The notes below the pieces were generated by a model that was not told the origin of the DNA, did not search any database, and saw nothing but the letters and a program-made list of their open reading frames with translations. DNA of 61,033 bases, the filler included, from Dimorphilus gyrociliatus (Eukaryota > Animalia > Annelida), in NCBI GenBank assembly GCA_904063045.1. It is 4 parts of 4 records of this genome, joined end to end, with 100 filler letters (N's around TTAATTAATTAA, not from the genome) between each part and the next. Parts side by side here need not be neighbours in the genome. Positions count along the whole stretch, not along the records: positions 16,161 to 39,460 come from CAJFCJ010000177.1; 3 more parts are not named here. The stretch is one strand, 5' to 3'. Each line of letters opens with the position of its first letter. Position 1 is the stretch's first letter. Made by a program: the position numbers and the translations under genes. Positions 20,721-34,268 of this stretch are shown in pieces.

Positions 20721-22199
20721 CATGCTGTTTGTACTTTGTTGAGAAGTTCCCACAGAACAAGGTAAACCTATCACTAACATCAAAGGTTAACCTGGAGTGT
20801 TTTGTGAGTGGCAAAACCCTAAACCCTAACCCTAGCTCATTTCAATGAAATTTGGAAAGGTTTTTTTTGATTAAATCAAAAAAGAGAAACAGAATTCTCA
20901 CATTTCAAGAGTCATAAATGATTTTGGGAAGCAGTCAAAGAAAAAATACACCAAAATTGACATTTACAACAATTTCCAAAAGAAAATTTTTTTTGAATAT
21001 TTGAGAATGACTAAATATGTCAGCTGACACTTTAAACATTACTCATTCATGTAGTTTTCACAAAGTGTTTTTACAAATACATTTCCTGCTTTTCTGACCG
21101 AAAAGAGTTTTGACTTAAAAGATTTTGATAAAAGTGAGGAAGTGTGTTTTAATACTAATGATGATAATGATTTTCAAGTTAGAGAAAGAGTAATAGGGAA
21201 GAAAAAGCTTTTGTCTACATTCGCAACAAAAGAGTTAATGATTTTCAACTTGCTATTGCGTTTTACATTTATAGTAAAATTTAAGTTGATTTGAAGCTTT
21301 CCCTCTGCAAAGCTCAGAAGAAATTCAACAAAATTTGTTGCCTTAACTGTGAAGCATCCTAAGTTAGCAAGGATTTATACACAGCTCAAAACAAAGAGTC
21401 TGATTATATTTTAATGTTTAAAGTGACGCATAGGGTTAAACAGTGCATTTGGGGACGTTTTCTGTTGTATCCATAATTGGAGATATCTATTTTCCCTTAA
21501 TTGTAAATGTTATTTTTATTTCTCTCTTTCCAACATTCATTTAGAAGGTCCATGAAAAAATAAGTTGAGTTTGGCTAATGAATGGATTGGAAAAAATATC
21601 TATTAGTTGAGATAAGTCAGTTCCTATATGTAAGTTGATGCAAAAAGAATGTGTATATTGAGCTTAAGACAAATACAAAATAAAATGCTACATACATGGC
21701 TTGGATTTTGTTTGTCTAATTGTTTTATGGGATTTAATGAATGGATTGGAAAAGCAAATTATATCATTTAGTGGGAATATGATCATTACCATCTATAAGT
21801 TGGTGATATATAGAATGTGTTTTGTTCTCAATAAGATAAATGCTTTTAATAGTTTTGTTGTATCCTGTAAAATACATAAATTAGGGAGAAAAGTAGAGAG
21901 AGATAGAGAAATATTAGTAAGAAGAAAAGAACAGCAGAGCTGATGGGGGCTGTTGAAAATGCCCACTTCGGAGTTATTATGGTGTGAGATTTTGGGTTGG
22001 GAAAGGCCTAGGAAAAATAATTAAGCAAATTGATTTGTAACTAGATTGATCCAAACCAAAAGGTTTGAAACAATAAAGTGCTTAAAACAGGGTATTATGA
22101 TTAGGGTATGACCACAAAACTGAAAAAAAATTTTTCAACAACATCCCAAAACAGACTGCCAAGAGAAAGATTTTTGTAATAAATTCATAAAGCTAAATA

Positions 22200-22658
22200 T
22201 TAACCTGGAATATGAGGAGGATATATAATTAATTGTCTTATTGTGTATATTTTCACTAAATCTATAGAAATCCATAATTGTGTAGAAACATCAGCAAGTA
22301 TTTGTGTACAACCACCTAAATTTTGATTTGAGTGAACAATGCCATCTGTTAAATGATTTCTATCATAAATATATTCAGGATATGCAATATGATGAATATG
22401 AATTATTTCTTTATTTAGGGCAATGTTATATGTTCCAGAAGATTGAATACCATTGCATAAATCTATTTGAATAGAATTTGATAGATTTAAATGTTTCATT
22501 GCTTGCGGAAAATTTTCAATATATTCTTTAGTCTCTTTAAAAGATTGATAATTAAAAATATTTTCCATTTTCCTATAGTTTCTGTTTAACCAGAATTTAT
22601 CTGAAGAACAGCTTATAGACAGACCTTCTCCATGAACCAATAATACATATATCAACAT
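22200..22658 (-). CDS. Secreted fucolectin/F5-8 type C (FTP-like) domain protein exon, partial
   Basis: MLIYVLLVHGEGLSISC signal-like start; NIALNK...LTDG...GGCTQ...LWISIDLVKIYTIRQLIIY fits the FTP/discoidin pattern; ends at CCAG|GTTAAT, a possible donor. Confidence 0.55.
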   Translation of the reverse strand: MLIYVLLVHGEGLSISCSSDKFWLNRNYRKMENIFNYQSFKETKEYIENFPQAMKHLNLSNSIQIDLCNGIQSSGTYNIALNKEIIHIHHIAYPEYIYDRNHLTDGIVHSNQNLGGCTQILADVSTQLWISIDLVKIYTIRQLIIYPPHIPG

Positions 22659-23232
22659 GTTGGTTTTTCTACAGAAGAATATGTTTCCTGTACGCAAAAA
22701 CTTTTCCATTGGTAAACATAATCTTAAAGTTAAAAAAAAAATAAATCAATCTTTATAGACTAGTTTTGGCTATTGTTCTTTTGAATAGAAAATCCTTTTT
22801 TTAGTTTTTCTGCCCGCTTAAACAAATTTCTCTTCTATTCAATTAGAAATTGAAAGACTGGTAAACATGACCGAAAGTAGTTGAAAAAATGAGTAGAATA
22901 ACGTCCATCTTGGGATACTTTTCTATATATTTTTTATCATATTGTGATTGTAGAAATTATCAAAAGTACTGGCCCAAATAGAACCTCCAGTTCTTGCCCA
23001 ACATTTCCAACAGACTTTATATCCATTTTGCACACTTAAAAAAAGAAAGGAAAGATTTGCTTTATATTTAGTTGAATTTTCCTAGTCATTTAACAAATCC
23101 AAAGTCCCTGAGAAGTGCTACATTACTCTAATTTATCAATTCATCTTTCTTTGACAACTGTGAAAGCTCTCCAAATGGCAGAATAGTAGCCAAGAATTCT
23201 GCATTAAATCAAAGGCAAATTGAGTTCAGAAA

Positions 23233-23900
23233 GAACAAGCTAAAGAATTTCTTGAAAATGTTGTAAAAAAATATCATAATATTTCAAATTTGTGTAAAGT
23301 TCCATTGTTAGTAATGATTCTTTTTTTTGTCTGGAAAGTGAAAGGAGACATTTTCAAGAACTTTTGGCTGCCAAATTTCTATTAGAGAAATTCGAGTCAA
23401 AAAAGGAGAGCAAAACCTTGAAATTAAAATTGAAATCAACTTTTCAAAATAAAACTGAGAAATCATTGGCTGAACAACAACACTACAAAATAAACATTAT
23501 AATTAAATTGACTTTAAAACAGGAATTGTTACTGCTATTTAATGACAATGGAAATACTGCTTTTCATCATAGAAATATTGGTATAGTTTTAAGAACCACA
23601 GATTTCCTTGAACTCAAAGATATTATTAAAAAAAACTTTGGCAAACTGGTGAATGATTGAAAAGGACGATTACAGTTGTGACAAACCAGAAATTCCTACA
23701 ATTACAATACAACAAAGTACATTTAATGATAATAATAAATATCTCTCAAGTTTTGCACACCTTCCTAATTAAAATGAATTAAATATCTTAATCCTCCTAA
23801 CTCAGCCAAAACTCTCATATTCAATAATTTGATGAGAAATTGTTCTATGTTGCAAAAAATAAATCCTTGTAGAAATAAAAATATGGAAATATTTTGAAAT
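23233..23900 (+). pseudogene. NACHT/NLR pseudogene fragment (helical domain, winged helix and downstream region)
   Basis: EQAKEFLENVVKKYHNISNLCKVPLLVMIL (LCxxPLL motif), then in another frame RHFQELLAAKFLL (HxxFQExLAA motif), then DDYSCDKPEIPTITIQQST. Internal deletion and frameshifts. Confidence 0.7.
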
Positions 23901-23999
23901 CTCTCCTATGGATCATAAAGAAAAATTTATTTTCATTAAATTTACATAGAAAACCATATAAGTGTTTAGTGAAAATTTATACTCAAGAATTTTTCTGCT

Positions 24000-24650
24000 T
24001 CTAAGCTTCTCTTCCAAAATGTTTTGAGTTTTTATGCAACTAAGAAAAAGATGAAACCAGTGTCATTGTGTAAAAGAGCAGCTTTCCAAAAAATCTAAGC
24101 CATCTCATAAATTTGTGATGTCTTTGAAATAATTACAAATACTGTTGTATTCATAAACAAATGAAATTTCAAATTGTCATTATTTTTAAGTAATGTTTGA
24201 ATGATGATGTCACACTCTTATCTTGATTTGATAAATGCAGACATTATGAGTTGTTTTGAGTCTATGTTCACTATGCTATAGTTCAAGATCAATTGCTTAG
24301 AGATTTGTCAATCATCAGATGACTTCATCAGAAGTTTTGCAAAAATGTTGTGAACTTTATTCAGAAATGAAATGAATAATTGTAAATAATTCATGAAACT
24401 CTGATAGGAGAATGTATTGTATGATATAACTTTCAACTGTTGTACTTTGTTGTATTGTGATTGTAGGAAATTTGTTCTCATCCCAACCATATTCATCTGT
24501 ACTGCTCATTTAATATTACACCAAAGTACTGGTCCAAATAGACCTCTTTCGTAAGATGTAACAATTTTGGTAACATTCAATTCAACCATTGAATGTGAGA
24601 AATTGGAATTGGTGCAAACGTCAACAATAGCGTACCTAGCACACAATGCT
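24000..24650 (-). pseudogene. NLR-family fragment, inverted relative to 23233..23900
   Basis: RSIWTSTLV...DEYGWDENKFPTITIQQSTT with many stops; the 24590..24650 block also recurs at ~17335..17390. Confidence 0.5.
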
Positions 24651-24742
24651 ATTGTTAAGTATTCATATTAAATAGTATGATAAGACACTAAAAAATTTTT
24701 TAGATTGATGCAATCTTCTTCAAGAGGACAGCAGATGTAATA

Positions 24743-24994
24743 ATGTCTAATTTGTATTCATCTCAAACAAATACTGATTTTCTACCAAACCTGAAATATT
24801 TAAAAGGGATGGCCAATTCAACCAGGCAAAAGAAGAGGCCAATGGAACCAAAAGATTATGACTTTGAATTAAATATGGATTTCATACCAGACAACTTTCT
24901 AAAGATAGACATTTGTGAAAACAATGAAAGGATTCTTATATTTGGAACAGACTATCAGTTTGAATTGTTGAGTAAATCAGGGTATTTTCAATAA
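24743..24994 (+). mobile_element. MULE transposase fragment (region preceding the DGTF motif)
   Basis: RQKKRPMEPKDYDFELNMDFIPDNFLKIDICENNERILIFGTDYQFELLSKS fits MULE RxxxxPxxP...FLxxD...RILIFxTxxQLxLL. Confidence 0.75.
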
Positions 24995-26225
24995 TAATTG
25001 TTGAATAAATCATGATGCTGACAGAAAATGTCCCCAAGTGAGATTTTTGAAAGCAACATTTCAGATTGAATAATGGTTAGGACTAGTGAAGTAGCCATGG
25101 ATTTGTAGTTAGGGGGGTTCCATCTAGGGGTCAGGGGTAATCAAACAGGTTAGGGAGTGACAGGGTTAGATTGCCTTTGCCAAAAATTAATAACTCAGTT
25201 CATAAATGGTGTTCTAAGCTATAATCTAGTTTTGTAAATTTCACTATCATTCTTTCTCTTTTCATCCCTGATTTGAAATGTTTCTAAATGCATATCCGGT
25301 ATATCATTATCTTTTCTTCTGCATTTAAGCATTTCATGTCAATAAGCTAAAAACAATAATAATTACCTCACAAGCAGCTAAGGAACTAATTAATGCTAAT
25401 AACAAAAAAAAAATTGGAAGGTTGAATTAATATTGAAGAAATTAAAACTATAATTAAAATTCTAAGCATATACTCTGAAATATTTCCTTTGTGAGCTAAT
25501 TGGTATTAATAACTTACTGAAATGTTTGTAGACACAATCAACAACTAAATGATTCACCAAGAAAAATCAATAAAAAAATATTTTGTTGTTGTGTAATTTA
25601 TACAATTTACAATTTCCCAGGTATTTTCAGTTTGCGTAATTCATAAAATTATGAAATTTGTTGAAATTGGCAAAAAAAATTTTTAACGACTAAAAATGCA
25701 ATTTTTTTTCAATAGCAAAAATGTTCGTATGAAAAAATTAAATGTGAAAATGTATAGCGTTTTATAATCTGTACGTATTTGTTACAAAGATTTCCAATCA
25801 ACTGTTGATTAATATCTTTTAAACTAATAATAATAGAAAATCTATTTCAATTTTCAAGAACATTACGTAATAGTTTTCAATAATTTCAATACTTTCTAGA
25901 AAACCAATATAAAGCTGCTTTCTCTCGTAACAGTTGCTAAAATATTTATAAACGAAACTGTGGTTATTAAATGGTTATTTAGGAAATATTTTATACAAAA
26001 CACCTCCGTTTTATTTATAAAGAGTTGTATTTTGTAAATTACATTTTATTTTAACCTAACAGAAAGGAAACGACACAGGTAAAAAAAAATTGTCTACCTA
26101 ACATTTAAAATATTAGTGTTTTCATTTTTTTGTTTTAGGAATTTTGTTTGAAAAAGCAAAAGGAATTTTATTTTTAATAAAATTGGAAATATTTATAATT
26201 TGTTTGTCAAAGTTAAAAGAAACAA

Positions 26226-26582
26226 ATGAAGTTGTATTTTTTAAGCAAAGAATCATTGATTTGTGGAATTTGCAAGAAATTATGGATTGATAATTATCCA
26301 AGAATACTGAAATGTAAGCATACTTTCTGCTTGACATGTTTACAGAATTTCAAAGATAATGCAAAATTTATATATTGTCCTCTGTGTAAAAAGAAGACTT
26401 CAATTCCTTATAGAAGGGTAAGAAATTTAAAGAGAAATTCTTTAACATCTATAAGGAAACATCTTTCTCACAACTGTTTGGGTAATGCAATTTTGGAATT
26501 TTTTCAAATCATTGCCTATTGGATAATTTTTACAAATCTACTTGCAACAATACAATATATTATAAATCCAAATTTAAAGTAA
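26226..26582 (+). CDS. Single-exon RING-HC E3 ligase (TRIM-type RING) with a C-terminal hydrophobic segment, 118 aa
   Basis: LICGICKKLWIDNYPRILKCKHTFCLTCLQNF...IYCPLCKKKTSIP; C-terminal AILEFFQIIAYWIIFTNLLATIQYII. Confidence 0.8.
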   Translation: MKLYFLSKESLICGICKKLWIDNYPRILKCKHTFCLTCLQNFKDNAKFIYCPLCKKKTSIPYRRVRNLKRNSLTSIRKHLSHNCLGNAILEFFQIIAYWIIFTNLLATIQYIINPNLK

Positions 26583-26892
26583 ATTTCTAATTTTTGATTG
26601 AATAAATATAAAAAGTCAAAAAAATCAATACAAAAATTTCTGATAAAATAGATAATAAAATAAAAATTGATATAAATTGTAATATTTTAATATACAGTAC
26701 TTTGTTTCCATGATTTAAATATCATTGATAAATCATTAATGCGTAATGGCACCTGCTTGTATTAACTGTACTAAAAGATTTTTGAGTTCTATCATTACCA
26801 ATAGAAATATGTAAAACATTGGAATTTTTTAACAAAAAGTTAAAGTTCTATTGTAATGTGATGATAATTGTGAATCGGAGAAAAATTTGTAC

Positions 26893-29800
26893 TTAAACAA
26901 TATATAAACAGAGTAATAGAAAAATGAAAATATGAAAGTTGATTGGTTGAATTTGACAAGAAGCAGCTTTACCATCAAGTTCCCAGGTGTTACATTTTTC
27001 ACCTTTGCAGCATTTTACACACTCTTTCTTCGAATTTACAGTCTTACAATTTTCATTTAGCGTGTCTGCTGAGCAAGTTTCATTGGAACATCCTCTTGCA
27101 AAGGTAACACTTGCGGATGTTTCCGTTCTATAGGCCCAACAATCTCCAATACCGCAATTGATAATTCTTACTTGATCAGTTCCATTTTGTAAGTTTGAAA
27201 TATCTTTACCACATTCCTCTTTTGTGCCTTTACATTCAAAACATTTCCCTGTTTGTAGACAAATGAAAGAATTTAGGTTCATATAAGAAAATAAATATAA
27301 TAATTACTTGCGCATTCTCTATTAAAATTATTGAGAAAGAATCCATCATTACACTGGGAACAAATGTAACCATGTGCGCATGTATTACAGCCAGCTATTG
27401 AGCATGTTTTACAGCCTAACTTGTCATCTTGTAATGTAAATCCTTGACTACATCTTTCGCAACTAGCTCTTCCAATAGTTGGAGTTGGACCACATATTGC
27501 GCAATTTGCAAAAGCAGCTTCTGAGCATAGTTTGCAAGTACCATCAGGTTGGAGGGAAAACTCATTTGATCTACATTTTGTACATATTACTGTCTTATCT
27601 GAGTTTGCAGTACAAGAAATGCAGTCAGATGGACAAGGAATGCAAGTTCCATCAAAAGCTTTTGCGTATCTATCTCCACATTTTGAGCAAACATATTTGC
27701 CATTGTAAGAGCATTGAGGACAATTGTCAGGACAGTGACCACAATTATTAGTATTCAGGTAAAACTTTGTAGAACAGGTTTTACATACAAGTGAATTTTC
27801 AGAATTTAAACAAGTTTGACATTCATCAATTCCACATGGAATGCAAGATGTTGCCTTTAATCCATAACTGGGAAGACAGGATGAACATTCAACAATACCA
27901 TTGTTGAGAGTACAAGATTTACATCCCTGTGGACATGGAGAACAAATACTATCAAGAGTTCTATAGAATTGATCTAGGCATGAATTGCAAGTGAACTTGC
28001 TATCTTGACTATTGAAAGAGCATCCTGAACAGCCAGAAGGACAAGTTTTACATTCTTCATCAGACAGGACAGATGTAGCTGTATTGCAGGATGCACACAA
28101 TATTTTTCCATTAGATCTTAATGAAGTTAAACATCCCAGTTTGTTTTTATAACATTTCTGATCAGTAACATCCAAGAAATAGTCATCATTACATTGTCCA
28201 GAATCACATTTATCCTTTTTATTAGTATCACAGATTTTGCAGTTTGGATCACATTCTATTAAAAAAAAAAGGTGAAAAAAAATTAATTTTTAAATGATGA
28301 TCTCTGTTGTTTGATTGTCTTAAAATACAAACTATCACAAACTGATGGAGATACATCAGTGTTGAGAGTATAACCAGTCAGACAAATTTCTGGAATAAGT
28401 ACATCTGATGTAGAATTCATATAGGAACATCTTGCAACACCTGTTCCTGTACACTGTAGACATTCTCCATTAGTTCTATGTCTGATAAAGCCTTGTTTAC
28501 AGCCATTTGGTATGCATGTTGAACCATCAATACAGAAACTACATCCATTTACACAAGCTTTACATGTATCATCACTATGTTTGTAGAAACCATCATTACA
28601 TTTCAAGCAGATAAATGTGTCATCAATACTTTTCACACAAATTTCACAATCACTTATAGAGCATGTTACGCAATTAAAATCACTGTCTGTTAGAGCGCCA
28701 GTTGAGCAGCCAAATGAAAGACATATAGCTTCATTCTGATTGTCTGGATTAATTCTGCATTCATTGCAATTGGACGGGCACTTAATACAAGTTTTAACAT
28801 TGTTAAGTACATAGCCAGATTCACATTTTGAGCATTTATTGACAGTTGTTGGAGATACACCTGATGAATCAACTGTACATTCTGTACAAGCAGTTTGACA
28901 TTGTTGACAGGTAGGTGTATCTGGTGATGTTTTTTGCTCTAAACCATATCCTGTAAGACATTGAGTACATTCCTGTACTCCTGATCCACCTGGAGACAAG
29001 GAACATTGTTGACAATTTGAAGTTGCACCACCTCCTCCACTCTGGCAGAAAATGCACTCCGATTCATCATCTTTTAGTTTATAATTTGCTGAGCATTCGG
29101 AACATTTACAAACATCGCTGATCAATTTAAATGATAGGCAATTTGGTTTTTCTGATATTGAGCAAGGAACGCAAGAAGTCTTTGATGAATGCAATAAATG
29201 AGTGTTTGGACATCCACAAATACACTCTGTTTTTGCATCATTCAAAGTGGGTGTGCCTAAAGTGCAAGTTCCACATGATAAACAAGATTGACCATCTCCA
29301 GCAACAATTTTACTTCCCGAACACGAACTGCAAACTCCAACATACACACCATCTCTAAGTTTGAGTTTATAGCTAGTACAATCAGTTATATCTGTTATTT
29401 CAACACAACCCAGTTCAATTGGATGTTTCAAGTAGTGTTTTCCACTTCCGTCAGATGTGCATACACCGCATGTGCATTTTCCATTGTTTGGTACAATTAA
29501 TGAACAATGGGGTATATCTGAAAGAGTACAAGCAACACAATCGTGTTTTTTAAAATCTGATGTATCAAGAATATATCCAGGTTTACAGCCTGTACATCTT
29601 AGAGCTGAAGGAGTTGTTGGACTAAATTTAGGATCATATCCTTCACATTGCGGATTTGCTCTGTATTCCAAAGGGATTTCAAAAACTGCTGGTATACCTG
29701 GACTGGGTGAGTTATTTTTACCATATCCAGGTTTTGTCATTTGACAATTTTGATGTAGAGTACCATATCTATGAGTTCCTGGATAACAATTAGGATCACC

Positions 29801-32800
29801 AAGATAACAATTATTTTGACGTATAGCATAATCTTCAGAACATCTTGAACATCCAACAGCTGGGCCAGCAGCATTTATATGCTGAATGCAGCCTGGAATG
29901 GATGAAGCACCAACAGGATCTCTTGCAACACAATCACCAATAAAATTATTAGTATTTGGATGGGGAGTTCCAAGTGCACTACTTCCATCACATTTTATAC
30001 ATTTACATTCAACTGTTGGAGTTGTTGAAGTTACCCATTTACCATCAGCAGCACAGTTTGGAACTGGTACTAAATCACAAGTTGTTGATGGAGAATTGCA
30101 GTTTACACCAATTTTTCCATTATTACATTTTGTACATACTATAGGATTGGTTGAATCTTTTAAACATTCTGCACACCCAGAAGGACATTCAAAACAATTA
30201 TTATCTGATAAATATGACCCAATCCCACACGTTCTACAGGTTGACACTCCAGGTGTTCCTGATTCAGGATCATTATTCCATGTAACACATAATGGAGAAA
30301 CAGCTATTAATTTTCAAATAATTATTTATCTCCAAAAAAAAATAACATGATTAAACAACTCACGCATGCAGCTTGTTGATGGGTTATCAGAATATCTATA
30401 TTGACAAGAAGCAATTGGCTGAGAAGGTGTACATCCTAAAGCAAATTCATGATTCATTGTGCATGCTGGAAAGAACAGTTATTTTATTAAAATATCAATA
30501 AATTCAATGTAACTAATTACATCGACATTTTTGATATGGTGTTGTTGGACTATTTGCTTCTTGAATGTATGATGCATCATATTGATATACACTTCCAACA
30601 CATTCGTCAGTTTTACACCTACAGGAATATGATGGAGCGGAGCCAAATCTTTCGAATACCTTGCATATAGGTCTTGCTTCAGTACAATCTGATTTTGTAA
30701 GTATAAATTTAGAGATTAGGATTGTTTTTTATTTTAATTAGAAAAAAATTAAATGATTTATTAACCATAACAGCCTTTGACAATTGTATTGCCACCAATA
30801 TCAATATTAACCCATTGAGTATCACCAGTGCAAGTCTTGCATTCAACATCCGTTTTAGCTGCATTTAAACCACAAACTTGACAATTATATCCGCAACTCT
30901 TGCATACTCCAGCATTCGAACCAGATAAGATAACAGCACTACCTGAAGGACATGACCTACAATAGCATAATTTATTTTCATCAGCAATTTGACCAGCTTC
31001 ACATGATGTATCACTTGAACAGGAATCTGAACAAGTTTGACTTGTAAATGAGAATTTCTTATTTGAAGAATTTGGTGTTTTATTGGCACAAGGAGATTTT
31101 AAACATTTCACTTCATTGGAAACAACTTCGCAATATTGGCAATTTTCCAAACATGCCATACATGTTTCAATAGTTGATGTACCACTTTGAAATTTGGGTG
31201 CAAAACCTTCACTACATTTTAGACAGATTGCTGCCGATTGACGATATTTGCAGTAGTCACAACCAGTTGGACATTCAACACAATTCCCCGTTAAATCATC
31301 ATATGTATAATGCTTTTGACATTTTGAAGGGTAACATATTGGAGTTGGTGAATTTGTTTTAAAATAGCATTTATCACAATTACTAGGGCATGCTGTAATT
31401 TAAAATGTTATCAATTGAGTATATAATGTATAAAATGTTAATTTACCAACACATGTACCATCACTGTTTCGTCCCCAAGACTTTCCATTTTGGTTTTCAA
31501 TACAAGAATGACTGGTACTTGTTCCACTACATTCAGTTCTGGAATTTGCTGAATTCCATTGGCAAGCCTTACAATTTGATGGGCATTTAGAGCAAAGATT
31601 ATCAGGTGTTAGAGCATAATTTGGAGAACACCGACCACTTTTGCAAATAACCTTATCACCAGAAACTTGACATTCCTCACAATTATCAGGGCATTTATTG
31701 CAAACTTTCAATTCAATAGTTGCATAATTAACCTTACATTTAGTACATTTTAAAATTCCTCCATTTTGCTCTTCACATGTATCACAGTTCCAGGGACATT
31801 CTGAGCAGGATGAATCTTTCAAATAATAACCAGCTTTGCATTTAGTACATTTATTAAATCCACTTTTAGCATCACATTCCATACACATTGCATGAACAGT
31901 GCTGCATTGTTCGCATTTTTTTGACTTTGTCAAAGTATAGGCCTTTGACAAGCACTCTGTACAAGTGTCTTTATCAGAACATTTTTGGCAGCCAGCCATA
32001 GAACTCGAACACAATTTGCAGGATTTAACATTGTTGCTGTTTTGTATATAAGCATTTGTATCGCAAGAATTGCAATCAATACCTGTATCTTTGTTAAAAG
32101 AGCAAGATTTGCAATAGGCCAAACAAGCTTAAAAAAAAACAGAATAATTATTCATAATGGAGAAATTGATAACTAAATCTTACATGTGCATTTTCTGTCT
32201 TTAATTGTAAATCTACTTTGGCAAATTTCACAAACAGCATCAGAAATAGTACTGTCCCATCTGCATTTTGAGCAAAAGCTCGGACATTTTGCGCATTCTT
32301 TTGGCGAATCTTTTAGAGCGAATTGATTATAACATTCTCTACATTCCATGTCACTTGTACAGTTTCTACATCCTGTTGAGCATTCTGCAAAAAATGATAC
32401 TTTGAAAAAAAAAACGGGGAATGGTAATAAGTATTTGTCTACCTGAACATTTTGAATCTTTGAGATAGTAATGTTCAATACAACCACTGCACAGTGTTGC
32501 ATCAGCTTCATTGGAAATGTCAGATTTTAGTGTACAAGAGTCTTTTAAACAATTGTCAGGACATTCTGAATTGTTAGTGTATTTTCTATATAAAATGAAT
32601 AACATTAAAAAAGAACATCTATACTTACTAAAACATTTCTGTCTATCAGCCGAATGAATTCTTCCATTTCCACAAATTCCGCACGAAACAACCTTTGCAT
32701 CTCCCAATAGATTTTTGCAGTTGTATATAGATTTCTCAGGTACAGTTGCAGCATAACTACCTGGAAAAAATATTGACAAAAGCTAAAACATAGTTAATTA

Positions 32801-32867
32801 TCTAGTTATTATTTCTCCTACCTAAAAAGATGAAACATCCAATTGCTAAAACAAGATATTGCATCAT
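26893..32867 (-). CDS. Very large furin-like (CxxC) cysteine-rich repeat surface protein with a terminal Ly6/uPAR-like domain and GPI signal, multi-exon
   Basis: Exon 1 MMQYLVLAIGCFIFL (ATG 32867), 61-nt intron 32821..32761, then SYAATVPEK. Dozens of CPxxCxxC / CxxCxxGY units across ORFs 32366..32779, 32173..32511, 31400..32122, 30761..31159, 28283..30247 and 27279..28175, linked by short GT-AG introns. Last exon CFEC...CVKCCKGEKCN + DGKAASCQIQPINFHIFIFLLLCLYIV*. Confidence 0.85.
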
Positions 32868-33399
32868 TTTACCAATTCTGTTTTTTGTCTTTAAGAGTTA
32901 GTTGCTGAAAAGAGAGCAGTAAATAAAGTAATATAACAAATGACAGACAGACTATATATATACAGTATAGGCAAAAAGTCCCCAGCCACCATGTAAAATT
33001 TTTTGTTTTGATATTAAGCTATGCTGAATGGCTACTTTTAATTGGTAATAATAATGATTAATATGTATAAACTAATGTCCTATATATAGGTTATCACTGT
33101 AATTTTATTTATACCTGTAAACAATAAATGGATTATAATTTTTGTTATCGTGGGAAAATTGTTTCAATTATTTACCATTACAGTTATGGCTAAGGATATA
33201 TTATTCAAATTATACATTTAAAGATTATTAGAAATGAAAAGAATACTTAAATTGAATAATTTCAATCAATCATAACTTTTCAAGAAAGATTAGTAATGGT
33301 ATAAACTCTGTTATAAAAATTGAATAGGATATATCAGCTTTCTCATGAGAAAATTTAGCAAATGCCATAAATCTATCCAGGGGACATTTATATATAATC

Positions 33400-33800
33400 T
33401 TTTAGAAAACATGACGGTTTGTGAATGATCTTGAAACTACTTGTGCATGCAGATATATTGACATATATATGTTATCATTTCTAAAAGTTGAATTGTAGGC
33501 GCCATATTTGCACTTTGTAGGAATTTTTACTTCTTCACAGCAACATTCACCCTTTCCAATCATCTATCAACTCACCAAAGTACTCAAACAAATAGAACCT
33601 TTCAAGTTTGTCCACAACTAATCTTAACAAATGTAAATTTTGTAGAAATCAATCAACAAAACTCCAGTATTTTGTGCAAATAATTTGTATTGAGTAAACA
33701 CATCGTATTTGTAGAGTTCATTATAAAAAATGTTTATTTACTCTCTATAATGATAAAAAGAATAGTATTATTATTCATTTTCATTCTTTAAGTATGGAAA
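33400..33800 (-). pseudogene. NLR-family fragment
   Basis: AAATACTGGAGTTTTGTTG...GACAAACTTGAAAGGTTCTATTTGTTTGAGTAC matches 2920..3020; downstream EEVKIPT. A further small +strand piece ACAATCACAATACAACAAAG lies at ~34620..34640. Confidence 0.45.
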
Positions 33801-34133
33801 GAGAAAAAATCAAGAAAATATTATCTTTTTGAGCTGTAACAGTGACTAACTGCCTAACTGTATAGCATATTAAAGAAATTAAATAGGATAAATAAGATAT
33901 TGTATAGATAACTTTATTCTAAACTTTAGTGTTAATCCATACTTTTACAAAAGAGAATGAATAGTTCGATTTGGGTTAAAACCCCAGCAGAGAGAGTTTT
34001 TAATCACTTTGGCAAAATGCTTTAAAGATTATAACTTTTTTTGTCTGGAACTAAAAGTTTTCTTTATTGCTACCAGATTCCTTTCATTAAGTTTACAAAA
34101 GTAGATTAAAACTGTAAGGAAATGGTAACTAGC

Positions 34134-34268
34134 TCAATCACACACACTTTTGCTACAAATCACCTAGCAGTTATAGATTTTTTATAACTCTTTGATAAAT
34201 TTATTGGTGGTTGACTTGCTTTACTGACAACCAAGTAGGTGATTTGTAGCAAAATTGTGTGGGATTGA
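34134..34268. mobile_element. MITE-like inverted repeat (33-bp arms, 2 mismatches, 69-bp spacer)
   Basis: TCAATCACACACACTTTTGCTACAAATCACCTA (34134..34166) vs the reverse complement of 34236..34268; weaker pairing extends ~15-20 bp further out. Confidence 0.65.

Noticed and set aside
29457-30350. Plus-strand ORFs 29457..29744 and 29886..30350
   Set aside because: Antisense to the Cys-rich gene; no independent domain signal.
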